From NCBI RefSeq assembly GCF_009914755.1, contig NC_060934.1: a stretch of 64,000 bases of DNA, one strand, 5' to 3'. The notes under the pieces are model-generated. The model was not told the DNA's origin. It ran no database searches and saw only the letters and a list, made by a program, of their open reading frames with translations. Source of the stretch: the human T2T-CHM13v2.0 reference genome, Homo sapiens. This document shows positions 37,851-50,987 of the stretch, one piece after another; the stretch's first letter is position 1; the number at the start of each line of letters is the position of its first letter. The position numbers and the translations under genes are program-made.

Positions 37851-38841
37851 GTGAGTATGCTTCACCTGTATTTGAGCCTTTTCTTGCATTCAACCCAGGA
37901 TTTATTAATTTTTCTAAATTCATGAATAGCATTGTTGATGCCTGCTCGATATTACAGCTGACTGTAGGGTTGGAGTTGATGTTATCATGTTCTCCCAAGC
38001 TTTCAATATCCGTAGGTTGATAGACGTCTGATGGATAAAATTGTGCCTAGTTGTTTTGTAGAGAAGAATGTCAAACTCTTATTCTTCTTGAATAGGCTCT
38101 ATTATTTGAATCTCTGGAGTTATTACCAGCTCATTGCTTCAAAATTAAGTTGAGGAATTCAAGAATAATTTATTTTAGTAAATTCTATTTAAGATGTTTA
38201 AGAATTTGAACTGCCAAAAATCTTTCCTCTCCACAGAGGTTGTTTCTTTAATATTAACACAAAGTAAGTGACCTTCAGGTCTTATTGGAAACTCAGAGTA
38301 ATATGGCCTTGCCTGGAATTGCAAATTTCCTTAGTTTTGAAATTTTCATAGATGTCTTTGGTTCTTGGTTGTAACTGTTGACTGAGAAGAGCCATTTACA
38401 TTTTTTGATACCAACAGGGCAAAGCTTTTTACTTAATTACCTCTACCAGGCTTTAAGGGAAATCTGATACTTCAGCATGTGTTAAACTATAAAATACCTA
38501 CTCCAAGTATCTGCCCAGTTCCTTGTCCCCTCTCCCCAGGCCCTTAAAGGAAGTTCTCGATACATATTTGTAGAATAACTGAATGTTTTCAGGATTCCTG
38601 TACTTTGCTGAGTTAAAATGGATATGGTACCCTTGCTGATTGGTTGAGCCCCTAAGAGGGGGCAGAATATTAAATATTCCATATCAGATATGCTTTTACA
38701 GGTTTGACTTTAGAAAAGTCTTAGCATGTGAAGCCTGTTGGATAAAGGGCTGTGTTTGCATTTAATCTGTCACTTTTGTATCTCCTGTCCTGGCTGGCCA
38801 TTTTGATCTCATGCTGTTCTTTTTTTCTTTTGAACTTGTAG

Positions 38842-38857
38842 GTCACCATGTACTTGA
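38842..38857 (+). CDS. BUB3: BUB3 last coding segment, proximal acceptor (328-aa isoform, ends KSPCT)
   Basis: Polypyrimidine tract then ttgtag|G TCA CCA TGT ACT TGA. 971+16=987 nt = 328 aa + stop. Confidence 0.92.
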
Positions 38858-38892
38858 CAAGATTTCATTTACTTAAGTGCCATGTTGATGAT

Positions 38893-39186
38893 AATAAAAC
38901 AATTCGTACTCCCCAATGGTGGATTTATTACTATTAAAGAAACCAGGGAAAATATTAATTTTAATATTATAACAACCTGAAAATAATGGAAAAGAGGTTT
39001 TTGAATTTTTTTTTTTAAATAAACACCTTCTTAAGTGCATGAGATGGTTTGATGGTTTGCTGCATTAAAGGTATTTGGGCAAACAAAATTGGAGGGCAAG
39101 TGACTGCAGTTTTGAGAATCAGTTTTGACCTTGATGATTTTTTGTTTCCACTGTGGAAATAAATGTTTGTAAATAAGTGTAATAAA
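38893..39186 (+). terminator. BUB3 proximal poly(A) signal cluster
   Basis: AATAAA at 38893, 39018, 39158 and 39181; ATTAAA at 38933. Confidence 0.6.
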
Positions 39187-40068
39187 AATCCCTTTGCATT
39201 CTTTCTGGACCTTAAATGGTAGAGGAAAAGGCTCGTGAGCCATTTGTTTCTTTTGCTGGTTATAGTTGCTAATTCTAAAGCTGCTTCAGACTGCTTCATG
39301 AGGAGGTTAATCTACAATTAAACAATATTTCCTCTTGGCCGTCCATTATTTTCTGAAGCAGATGGTTCATCATTTCCTGGGCTGTTAAACAAAGCGAGGT
39401 TAAGGTTAGACTCTTGGGAATCAGCTAGTTTTCAATCTTATTAGGGTGCAGAAGGAAAACTAATAAGAAAACCTCCTAATATCATTTTGTGACTGTAAAC
39501 AATTATTTATTAGCAAACAATTGATCCCAGAAGGGCAAATTGTTTGAGTCAGTAATGAGCTGAGAAAAGACAGAGCATATCTGTGTATTTGGAAAAATAA
39601 TTGTAACGTAATTGCAGTGCATTTAGACAGGCATCTATTTGGACCTGTTTCTATCTCTAAATGAATTTTTGGAAACATTAATGAGGTTTACATATTTCTC
39701 TGACATTTATATAGTTCTTATGTCCATTTCAGTTGACCAGCCGCTGGTGATTAAAGTTAAAAAGAAAAAAATTATAGTGAGAATGAGATTCATTTCAATG
39801 TAATGCACTAAAGCAGAACACGAACTTAGCTTGGCCTATTCTAGGTAGTTCCAAATAGTATTTTTGTTGTCAAACTTTAAAATTTATATTAATTTGCAAA
39901 TGTATGTCTCTGAGTAGGACTTGGACCTTTCCTGAGATTTATTTTATCCGTGATGTATTTTTTTTAATTCTTTTGATACAGAGAAGGGTCTTTTTTTTTT
40001 TAAGTATTTCAGTGAAAACTTGGTGTAAGTCTGAACCCATCTTTTGAAATGTATTTTCTTCATTGCAG

Positions 40069-40078
40069 GTCCACCTAA
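40069..40078 (+). CDS. BUB3: BUB3 last coding segment, distal acceptor (326-aa isoform, ends KST)
   Basis: ttttcttcattgcag|G TCC ACC TAA. 971+10=981 nt = 326 aa + stop. Confidence 0.88.
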
Positions 40079-40361
40079 TCATCCTGTGAAAGTGGTTTCT
40101 CTATGGAAAGCTTTGTTTGCTTCCTACAAATACATGCTTATTCCTTAAGGGATGTGTTAGAGTTACTGTGGATTTCTCTGTTTTCTGTCTTACAAGAAAC
40201 TTGTCTATGTACCTTAATACTTTGTTTAGGATGAGGAGTCTTTGTGTCCCTGTACAGTAGTCTGACGTATTTCCCCTTCTGTCCCCTAGTAAGCCCAGTT
40301 GCTGTATCTGAACAGTTTGAGCTATTTTTGTAATATACTCTAAACCTGTTATTTCTGTGCT

Positions 40362-40367
40362 AATAAA
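40362..40367 (+). terminator. BUB3 distal poly(A) signal AATAAA
   Basis: AATAAA followed by GT-rich TGTTGGATGTTTTTG; serves the distal-acceptor isoform. Confidence 0.75.
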
Positions 40368-42789
40368 CGAGATGCAGAACCCTTGAATGTTGGATGTTTT
40401 TGAATGTTGGTAATTAATATAATTTACTTAAAAAGGCTTGTGTAAGGCAAAACTCGTCATCACAGGCATGTTGGGGGATGACATTTTACCTTTAAGTCCA
40501 CTCTCCCTCGTTTAATTGTCTCCTCTGATGTGTGTTGGGGATTCAGTCCTGCATAAAGTGATTTGTTGGAGTTCAGCCATTTCCCTCATGCCCCCTTGTG
40601 CCCTCTCGGTGGATCAGCAGGGCCTTTGAGCCAAGTGTGCAGCTTCACTCAGGATGGCCAGAAACTATGTGGCAGCCTCTGGGGACCTTTTGGCTCAGTG
40701 CTTTACTAGTGCCAGCGCAGTAGTGCTTAGGTAGCTTGTGCATCCCCGTGTTGATGTAGTCATAGTCCACACAGAGCCAAATAACAGACCCTTCTGTACT
40801 TAGCCATCAAATACTAAATCACAGTGAAGCCCTTGGGAAGGTAAATAATGTAATAGCCAGGGACTGATGGTATTAGTTCTTTAGTGTGATTATGTGCTTC
40901 TAAAAGTCCCTAACCACTTGGTTGAGGACAGACCATAAGTTTAAAACATTGTATAAGTGAAAGAATTAATATAGTATTGTTATAGGTAACCAAATTATAG
41001 TAATGTGGACTTGTTTTTGAGGTGGTGAGGGAGGGCTTATTTTGTGGTTCCATCTGGATGTCCTCTTGTCTCTGGAAATCAAGTGTGCCTCCCTGCCATC
41101 TCTACATACCCCTTAACCAGCTCTCCACAATTTACTTGTTTATGGTTATAGCTACCTTTTCCCCAAGTTACCCAGGTGTAGTTACCTTGGCCTTCTCATT
41201 GGTTTCCCTCACCCACATTCTTTAAGTGTCTCTTCTGTTTATCTTTTCTTCCTACTGCTACCATCCCAGGGCCTTTTGGGTGAATGTGGCAGCCTCCAAT
41301 TTCTGCCTTAAGTCCTCCATCTAATAGAGTAGTGACTTTTGAACCTTGTAGTTGTGACCCAAGTAAGAAATACATTTTGAACTACAGTTCAGAACACAGA
41401 GGTCAGTATATTATACATGACAGAAGGATCCTGAAATATGACTTGCCCTTCTTGCATGCGATGTATCTGGTGCATGTGTGCATTTTTTTCTTTGCTTTTT
41501 AAGAAATCCTGGCTATGTCACCTTGAATTGATTTTACAACAAATGCCTGTCACCTGTAATTTGCAAAAACTGCTTGATCAGATTCTAAAAAATTTCTAAA
41601 AGATTTTTAAAAAATGTATTCTGATGTCATACTTGGAATCCTCCACTGCTTCCTGTTGCTCATAGTCACCCTTCAGTGATTTCATAAGGAGGTGTGCTGC
41701 TTCCCAAGCTTCTAGATCATCAGGAAGGGGCCGCGGACTGTAAGGTGCTCTCAGAAGATGGGACTAACCTTTGTTGGGAATATAAATAAGTGGATGGGAT
41801 GGGAAGTGACAGCAATATCTGGTTCTGAGTTCTGTTGTGTAAAAACTTAAAGGTATATTAGCAGGTTAGCCTTTGTTCTGTGGGAGATCCAGGCCTTGTT
41901 AGAAGGACCAAGGCCAGAATGCCCAGTTTAGCCTTAGCATTCAAACCCTTCATTGTTTTTCCTCCATTATCTGTTAAACTCCTGCTTTGCCAAAGGTATC
42001 TTCTATACCCTAATAACACTAGCTTCCTTCCCTCAGTGGGGACTCAACGCACATTAGCCTACTGAGAGCTTAGATCACTACAACGAATCCTTGTAAATTT
42101 GTTTAACTCAGTTTTCCCCAAATTCATTTAAGCCGGTTCTACTTTTTCTGGTCTTGTTCCCACAATCATTTTACCTTTTACCACTCCCCCAGAAAACACT
42201 GGGGTTCTTCTCTTACGCTGAGAGCCAGGTTACTTTCTTCACTATCACTCCGACGCTTGTGTTGATTCCCAAATCTCAGTCTGCCCAGGGTCATTCTCTT
42301 TCTGAATTGCTCTTTCAGGATTTAATTTGAATCCTGCAAAGTCCTGTTCAAGGCCCCCTTTTCCATGAAGCCCTTCTTCCTTGTTGCAGCTCACAAATAA
42401 GTGTGCCCTTTCTCAAAACACGTATGAAACACCTCCTGCTTGTATACCTTTAGCAGTAGTTCCTCATATTGCCTGGCATTTAAACATTTTTGTATGCGTA
42501 CATCTTGCTTTCCTACTTAAAGCAAGAGCAGGACCACATCTTTTTGTATGCTCTGGCACATGACTGTTGGACCACTTTGATATTGCTGAATTATATAGAC
42601 TCCTTTTAAAATAATTTGAAATATAATTTTGGAGTATAGACATCTTGTCCAGTGCACTAGACAGGTGACCTTTGGCTTTGTTCATTAAGCATTTAGTGTC
42701 TTAGAAGTGATATGTTTACTGCAGAAAAATTTGGATAGCATGCAAAAAATGAAACATACTATCACAATCCTATGATATAACTTAAAAAT

Positions 42790-43245
42790 TTCTTTATAGC
42801 TTCATGGAGGTATTTGATGAAAATTGTATATATTTAAGGTATATAATGTTTTGATACATGTATACATTGTGAAATGATTACCACAAGGAGGTTACTAAAC
42901 ATCTCCATCACCTTGTTAAATTGAGTTAAACAAATTTACAAGTTGACAAATTACATTTACAAATTTATGTAATTTTTTACGCTTTTTTTTTTTCTCCTTT
43001 TTCTGGAGAACGGGGTCTCGCTATACTGCCCAGGCAGGTCTCGAACTCCTGGGCTCAAGCTATCCTCCCGCCTCTTGCCTCCCTAAGAGCTGGGATTATA
43101 GGCGTGAGCCACCCCACCCGGCCTATGTCATTTTTTTATGTGGTGAGAATAAATAATCTCAGCAAATTTCAAGTATACAATTCATTATTACTAAGATAGC
43201 CACCACACTGTATGTCAGGGCTCCAGAACTTACTCATCTCATAGG
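42790..43245 (-). mobile_element. L1MA-like 3' fragment interrupted by a FLAM/Alu monomer (about 42983-43123)
   Basis: AATTGTATATATTTAAGGTATATAATG...ATACATTGTGAAATGATTACCACA...GCAAATTTCAAGTATACAAT; monomer GAGAACGGGGTCTCGCTAT...GAGCCACCCCACCCGGCC. Confidence 0.75.
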
Positions 43246-43468
43246 AGGCAGCTACTTTTAACATTCTTGGTGTATATCCATCCTTCAGGATTTTCTGTAT
43301 ATTTCTCTAACAGCAAAAGTTTTTGTTAGCTACATCATGTGAAATGCCTGGGTAGACAAATTTAAAGATGTTATTTGGGATGGTGTGACTTGCACAAGCC
43401 ACACAGCCTGCATGGTGTCCACTTTGAGGGGGATGCCCATAGCTATACTTAGAAGTCATCCTCTAGAG

Positions 43469-43984
43469 CAAGCTTGTCCAATTTGTTGTCCATGGGCCAC
43501 ATGCTGCCCAGGATGGCTTTGAAGGTGGCCCAAAACAAATTCATAAACTTTTGTAAAACGTGAGATTTTTTGTGATTTTTTTTTTTTCGAGACACAGTCT
43601 CGTTCTGTCGCCCAGGCTGGAGTGCAAGTGGCGCGATCTCCGCTCATTGCAAGCTCCGCCTCTCGGGTTCAAGCAATTCTCCTGCCTCAGCCACCCGAGT
43701 AGTTGGGATTACAGGCACCCGCCATCACGCCCGGCTAATTTTTGTATTTCTTTTAGTAGAGACCGGGTTTCATCATGTTGGCCAGGTTGGTCTTGAACTC
43801 CTGACTTCAGGTAATCCGCCCTCCTTGGTCTCCCAAAGTGCTGGGATACAGGCATGAGCCACTGCACCCAGCTGTGACTTTTTTTTTTTTAAGCTCATCA
43901 GCTATTGTATTAGTGTATTTTATGTGTAGCTCAAGACAATTCTTCCAGTGTGGACCAGGAAAGCCAAAAGATTGGACACCCCTG
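43469..43984 (-). mobile_element. MER30 (hAT-Charlie MITE) with a nested AluS (about 43575-43872, - strand)
   Basis: Ends CAAGCTTGTCCAA...TTGGACACCCCTG; 8-bp TSD CTCTAGAG/CCCTAGAG. The Alu inserted in the internal T-run. Confidence 0.88.
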
Positions 43985-44882
43985 CCCTAGAGCATCTGAC
44001 GCCTGGATACAAAAGAGCCTGTGGCTATGACTATCAGGATTCTGGCCATGAGGAATTCCATGACATGGAGGGAAAATGGCAACTTCAAATTTGCACCCCC
44101 AGGTATCATGTGGGCAGGTGCTCCATGTGGCTGGTGATAGTTGTGAGTGAGCCTTGCACGGGCTTTCCCCCTATCGGCTGTTCCAGAGCGAGAGGCTGCA
44201 GGTGTCCACTTACGTACCTGTGGCTAAGATGCGCCTGAGCAAGTGAGGGCCAGTTAGTATACATAATTTTTACAAAATTTGGATCATATTACATAAATAT
44301 CTTGCTTCATGCACTTAATATGAAATTTTGCCCATGATTTATTTTTTACCTTATTTTTAAGGGCCACCTAGTTAGAATTTGATTATTTGAGCAACTATTT
44401 AGTGCCTGTGATGTGCCAGCCACTGCTAGGTTCTGGGGCTCAAAACACTGTGACAGATGCTGTGATACCACAACGTGGCCACATTTTGTTTTCAAGACCT
44501 TGGCCAACCTTTGGTCTTCACAGCCACTGCCCTGGTAGTAAGGGACTTAGTTAAGTTTGGTGACTGCTTGAAGTCTAAGATCACCAAAGTGGCTAATGCA
44601 GGCACTGTGACAATCTGGGCACTAGGAAAAGCAATGTGGGCAGAAATTCCTTGTTCGAGAGCCTTCTGGTTATACTTTAAAAAGAAGGGAGCCTAGCATC
44701 TTGTCAAATCTTTGAGCCCACTCACTCAGAGGGCCTGTCACTCATCCAGAATTGAATCTGCTGGTTTAACAGGTCAGGCAGTGTGATTTGACAGCGTGAA
44801 TCTTAGAGTCCAGCCTTTGAACCTGGCGCTGAATCCTGACTTTACTGCTTATTCAGGGGGCCACTAGCTAAGTTAATTTGTG

Positions 44883-45095
44883 AGCCTGGGCAACATGGCG
44901 TGACCCATCTCTACAAAAGATACAAAAATTAACTGGATGTGGTGGTGCATGCCTGTAGTTCATAGCTACTCTGGAGGCTGAGGCGGGAGGATAACCTGAG
45001 TGCGGGAGGTTGAGGTTGCAGTGAGCTGAAGTTGCACCACTGCACTCCAGCCTAGGTGACAGAGTGAGACCTTATCTTAATCTAAAAAATAAAAT
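44883..45095 (+). mobile_element. 5'-truncated AluJ within a MIR
   Basis: AGCCTGGGCAACATGGCG...GCACTCCAGCCTAGGTGACAGAGTGAGACC, flanked by MIR sequence CTGAGCCTTATTTTCCTCATCTGTAAAATG. Confidence 0.8.
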
Positions 45096-46466
45096 TTCTG
45101 AGCCTTATTTTCCTCATCTGTAAAATGAAGAGAATACCTAGCTCATGGAGTTAGGAACAAGTATGTTAAATATTTATCAGAGTGTGCCTGACAGTGAGTT
45201 GAAAATATCTACTCTCTTTGGATGAAAAATATTTAACACTTCACTCTCAGATATAATTATTAGCTGACTTTTTAGATTCTTTTTTCTTTTACATGATGTA
45301 GTTCTCAGATATATACGGGATTTCTAGTTCTTAAATGCCAGTATTTTTTTTCTGTTAAAATATTTATGAACTATTTCAAACATTCAGAAAAACTCAGGAT
45401 CATACCCATAAACCCACTGTTTAGATTTTAAAAAGTTCAATGTTTTTCTGTATTTTATCTCTTCATTTTAAAATAAAGTTTTGCACATGTTTGAAGCCTC
45501 ATTTGTACCCCTCCCTCGCCCCATTTCCATTTTCCACTTTTCTTCAGTGTTGTGCCCATTTATGCTTTTTTTGCTTATATAGTATCCATATAAAATACGG
45601 GCTTTGCATTTTTTGCAAGTTTGTATAAATGGTAACTGGTAACCGTTTCTATCCCAGAATAAGCCCACCCCTATTTAACATCAAGTGTGGTTAATAAGAT
45701 GTAGGAAAGGGAAAGGGACAAAGCTACAATCCATCACTGACCGGGAAACAACTTAGCAGCAGCAAGGTTGGGCAGGGGAGTGGCGGAGCTGAGCGCCCCC
45801 TCCTTTGAGGTCAGCCACCATTTTTGTAATGGAATGGCAATTGTCTCTGACTTGGTGAAAACTGCATAATCAAACAGAAATTGTTCTTTTCCTCAGGAAA
45901 CTATGTGAGCATGTTAGTATTCAATAGATAAGGTGGATTAAAAACAACATCTGTGTTGACATCTGAGGAGCAAACACAGCGCCAGTTTCATGGTTCTTCT
46001 CTCCTTTGACTTCCCCACTTCAGTCTTTGAAATGTCTCTGGGTAGCCCATCTTTCACTTGGGAAAGTACTGATTTATGCTATTAAGACTAGTTATAGCAG
46101 TTTCCTTTCAGAATGGCACCTGGCTATGTTGCCTTTGGAACTAGCACTGAGAGAAATGAAAGAAAGCTGCTGTACCTGTGGCCGCAAATACCAATTGCGC
46201 CATTGAGTACAAAGGCACTTTCCCCTTGATCAGTGGTGTGTTGTAACGGTGCTTTCATTTTCGAAGGATGCCCACAGAACTTGTCCTGGGGTGGTTGTAA
46301 GGCACTTAGTTGGGAATCATTTTGTGTCCTGATGAAAAAAAAATCAGAAGATAAAAACTAGACTGTACTGTGATTTATAGAGGGCTGTAATTGGGAGAAC
46401 ATGACGTGAGTTGGCCCACCCATTTAATATAACTCATGATTTGGCAACTGGTCTTCAGACTTATTT

Positions 46467-46922
<456 letters not shown>

Positions 46923-47923
46923 TCAGACTTATTTTAAATGAAAAGCAATTGGTTTTATTTTGTTGTTTTGCTTTCCTTAAATACACCACTGGTATGACTT
47001 TCCAAATCGCCTGACTTGAATAGAAAAAAGGAAAATGAAATGCTTTACTGAGCTTTATTTTAGCAGGTGTCAAATTTCAGTAATTGAAGGTTCATTTCCA
47101 ATGGTTTACTTCATTAACTAATTTCCCAAGAAATATTCTTTCACCTCTGACCATACTAGCCAACTCTGTGCAGTTAACACAAACCTGAAGAAGCCATACA
47201 AATTATACCTACTGGTCTCAGAAGCACCTAAGTTTGCTTTTCCAATGTTGTAACAAAGTACCTTTCATCCCCTTTATAGGACTCTGTTATAGGCTATTGC
47301 AGTAATTTAAAACCTATGTACCTAGACTCCTGACCTTGTTATAACATCACTTTATAATTCTCAAAATACTTGGCTCTTGAAGATTTTCTTAGCACCAGCC
47401 ATGTATTCTTAAAGAGCCCAGACGATTTGTCTTCAGTGTTATATTACCCTCCTCAGCTGCTAAGACCTAACATTCTTATTGAATTGTCTGACAAAAAATC
47501 CTTCAGTTCCTTCATCATTTCACAGGCTAACATGGCATTCAGTTATTAGCATTCTCCACGTAAAGAAATACCCTCGCACGGAATAGTAGCACTGTATGCC
47601 TTCATCAAGCTTTGGATATAGAAGCAACTCTCTTGATGGGTTCACTGTTAGTTCATCAAAATTGCTGGTCATATGGAGAAACACAGCTTTCCATATGTGA
47701 CTCTAGCATAAAGGTGATCATGGAAATGGAGGACAAGTATACCAATAAGCTTCTCAACACAATACGTTTTGTTTCTCCTGTTCATCAGGTGAACGTGGAC
47801 CTCAGTTGCTAGTAGAAGTCTAGAATGGGCATTATTCATTGAGAGCTTGTTACTTGGTAGCTTGGCTTTCTGGTCACTTTAGTTATACTAATGGAATACA
47901 TATTGTTAATTGTGTACTGTTAG

Positions 47924-48324
<401 letters not shown>

Positions 48325-50487
48325 CAGGGTTTTGCTTTTGACTCAACTGTAAAGCTATTGAAAAGTTAGATCAGTTGCATTTATTTGGACTCCACTGACA
48401 CAGAATATGATAAATTGACATGACAGGAAAAAAATCAAATGAGATTACAGAGGATATCCTAACTCCTAAATTGTGAATTCTTTATAGATTTTAACACATT
48501 GTTAATAATAATAGTGATATTTGACCTGTATATTGAACAAGACCTCTGTGTGGAAACACTTGACTAGCTGTCTGCATTACTGAGGTTGGACACATTTAAT
48601 ATTTCTAGGAAAACACTTTTTGGCTGAAAACAATAAATCAGTTTGATTCACCCAAGACCTCCAATTCAGGACAACCCTATGGAAACATGCAGGGAAACTA
48701 GCCTATGTGGATGAACTGGGAAATAATTGGACTAATGCAAAATTTAAATATGAAATTTTAATTTGGCCACTAGTCAAAACTTTAACAAAGGTTTTCTTAT
48801 TTACTTTTGACTCCAAAATAAATAGAACTCAGGAAAAAGCTTTCTTTTCTCTTTTGGGCTGTGTTTAGATTTCTTTGGCCAACATTCCTGATCAATTTCA
48901 TCTTTTTAATCTAAACTGGCTTCTCCCTGATTAGAGCTTAGTAAAATGGATGAGAAGAAAAAATAAGATTAGGGGAAATTGTTTTTAATACCTGTTGATA
49001 TAAGCATCTAGTTATTGATTTGTAATTATGAGGACAGATATGCTTATAAAAGGTCCTGCTTTTGGGCAATCAGGAGAACCTGGTAAGAGAAGGAAGAGGA
49101 CTTGTTGGGCAGATTGACAGGTGTGCCAGAGTATGAACCAATAAATTTGTGGGTGGAATTGTCATTACTTTTGTGAGACAGGGATTAATCTTTGTTTTTA
49201 TTAGCTCTCCAGAAATAGAGATAAAGGTCAGGAATTGGTAACTGAAGGAATCAGTTTGAAACAAGCCTCCTCTGAGCTATTTTGAAACTTGCTGAATGTG
49301 GTACTCTCAGCCCTTTGGACGTCCAAGAATTGAGATCTAAAAAGCTTCTTAAGGCCCAGCCTCTTAACTGGATGCTGAGGGCCTCTGAGAAAACATGGAG
49401 TCATGGCTGTTCTAATGGAGTCATCCATCACTGCCAACTGCTTGCTGGAAAAAATAGGGGTCTTTCACAAGAGCCTCATAACCTTCAGGGATTAGAAGCC
49501 TGTGCCAGGCTGACTGTTACAATGGCATGCCATTGAAGGTCTTCTCTTGACCACTGCTTACAGGTAATCATGAAGGTCTGTAATTCAGGGCATACGGTGT
49601 CTTTTTCTTCTCTTTTTGCTGTTTCTGTGTCACTTCTTTCTTTGTGTCTCCCTTCCTTCTTTCCTTCAATCAATAAATAGTAAAAGGCATTTGTGCACAG
49701 CTTGACTTAGGAAAATGTGGCTGGTGGGGTTTTGAAATAGTTGTTTGCTACTCCATTATGCCATTTGGTCCAGGTGGTGGTGGGTGGCAATGGATAAATG
49801 AGCCTGTTGGCATGCCCATAAGCCCAAGAGTTGGATCTGATCTAGCATGCATATGCCATGAAGGAATTGTGTCTTTTGAAGGCATGGTGACAGGGCCCAT
49901 TTTACTTATAGTACAGTGAAACCTTGAAACACATGTATTGTGGAGAGAATCTTCCAGGCAGTAGCTTAGGAGACACTCTTATCCTCACTTTTGGGCCCAG
50001 CTCAGGTTTAGCTGAACATGGAGTTTCAGAAGATAGGTATTTGGGGACACCACCAGGTGTTAAAATTGCATATTAATCAGGTGGTTATTGGGATACTGTA
50101 GAGATTTTTCAAGTCTAGTAATTTTGGAGGGAGGAAGATGGGAAAATATTGTGAGCTTGTTCTTGAAATTTTCATTCTGAAATAAGACTTCATGAGAGAA
50201 TGTAGGGTAGTGATAATAGGTTTGGGCCAGTTGTCAGGAGACATGTGGCTTGGGAGATCATGTTTGAAGACCTTGAGTTACCTTTTGACCATATCTCAGT
50301 CATGATTTTAATCACATCCTCAGCCATTTGAATTATTTAGCATCTTTTTGAAATTACATATTTTACTCCTAATTATATGACAAAGATATATACCATGAAA
50401 TATTTATCATGTAATTATGATTAAAATGTGCAGTCTCCCCAAAGATGTGAATAATCACTTTAAGTATTCTATATTTAATTAAAGGAG

Positions 50488-50987
50488 TCTGGTGGACTGT
50501 GCTGGGTCAACTTGGTTAAGCTGAGAACTACATTTCCCAGCATCCCCTTCCCTATATGCTTCTGAGTTAGAGCTGGCCAAAAGGGGAACACACACGGACA
50601 GGGAAGGCTGAAGAAACATGGTGGCCATTATCTTTTGGGTTTCTTTGCTGTCAGGTGCAGTGATGGATGGTTGCAGAGGTGCCTGATAGAGTTTAGCTTC
50701 TCTTTACTCATTGGCTTTGCCCAAGGGCCCGCCACCAGATGCTTGGCTACAGACCCACAGGACATTAACTACACAGCCTTTCCTCAGATCCTTTTGCAGT
50801 TCTGTGGTGGCTAAACGTGCCTGGCCTCTCTGACTGCTTGTGTTTGCCGATCCTCCAGCACCCCGTCCAGACCTTCATGCCTCCCCAACAGCTCCTCCCA
50901 CAACTACAAGGTCAGATTCCTATAATCAAGCCCTATTCCATGAGCCCCTGGGACTCTGCTTCCCTGTCTGAACCCTGACTGGATACA
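50488..50987 (+). mobile_element. ERVL-type solo LTR (LTR41/LTR33-like)
   Basis: About 500 bp ending CTGAACCCTGACTGGATACA; 5-bp TSD AGGAG at 50483-50487 and 50988-50992. Confidence 0.65.
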
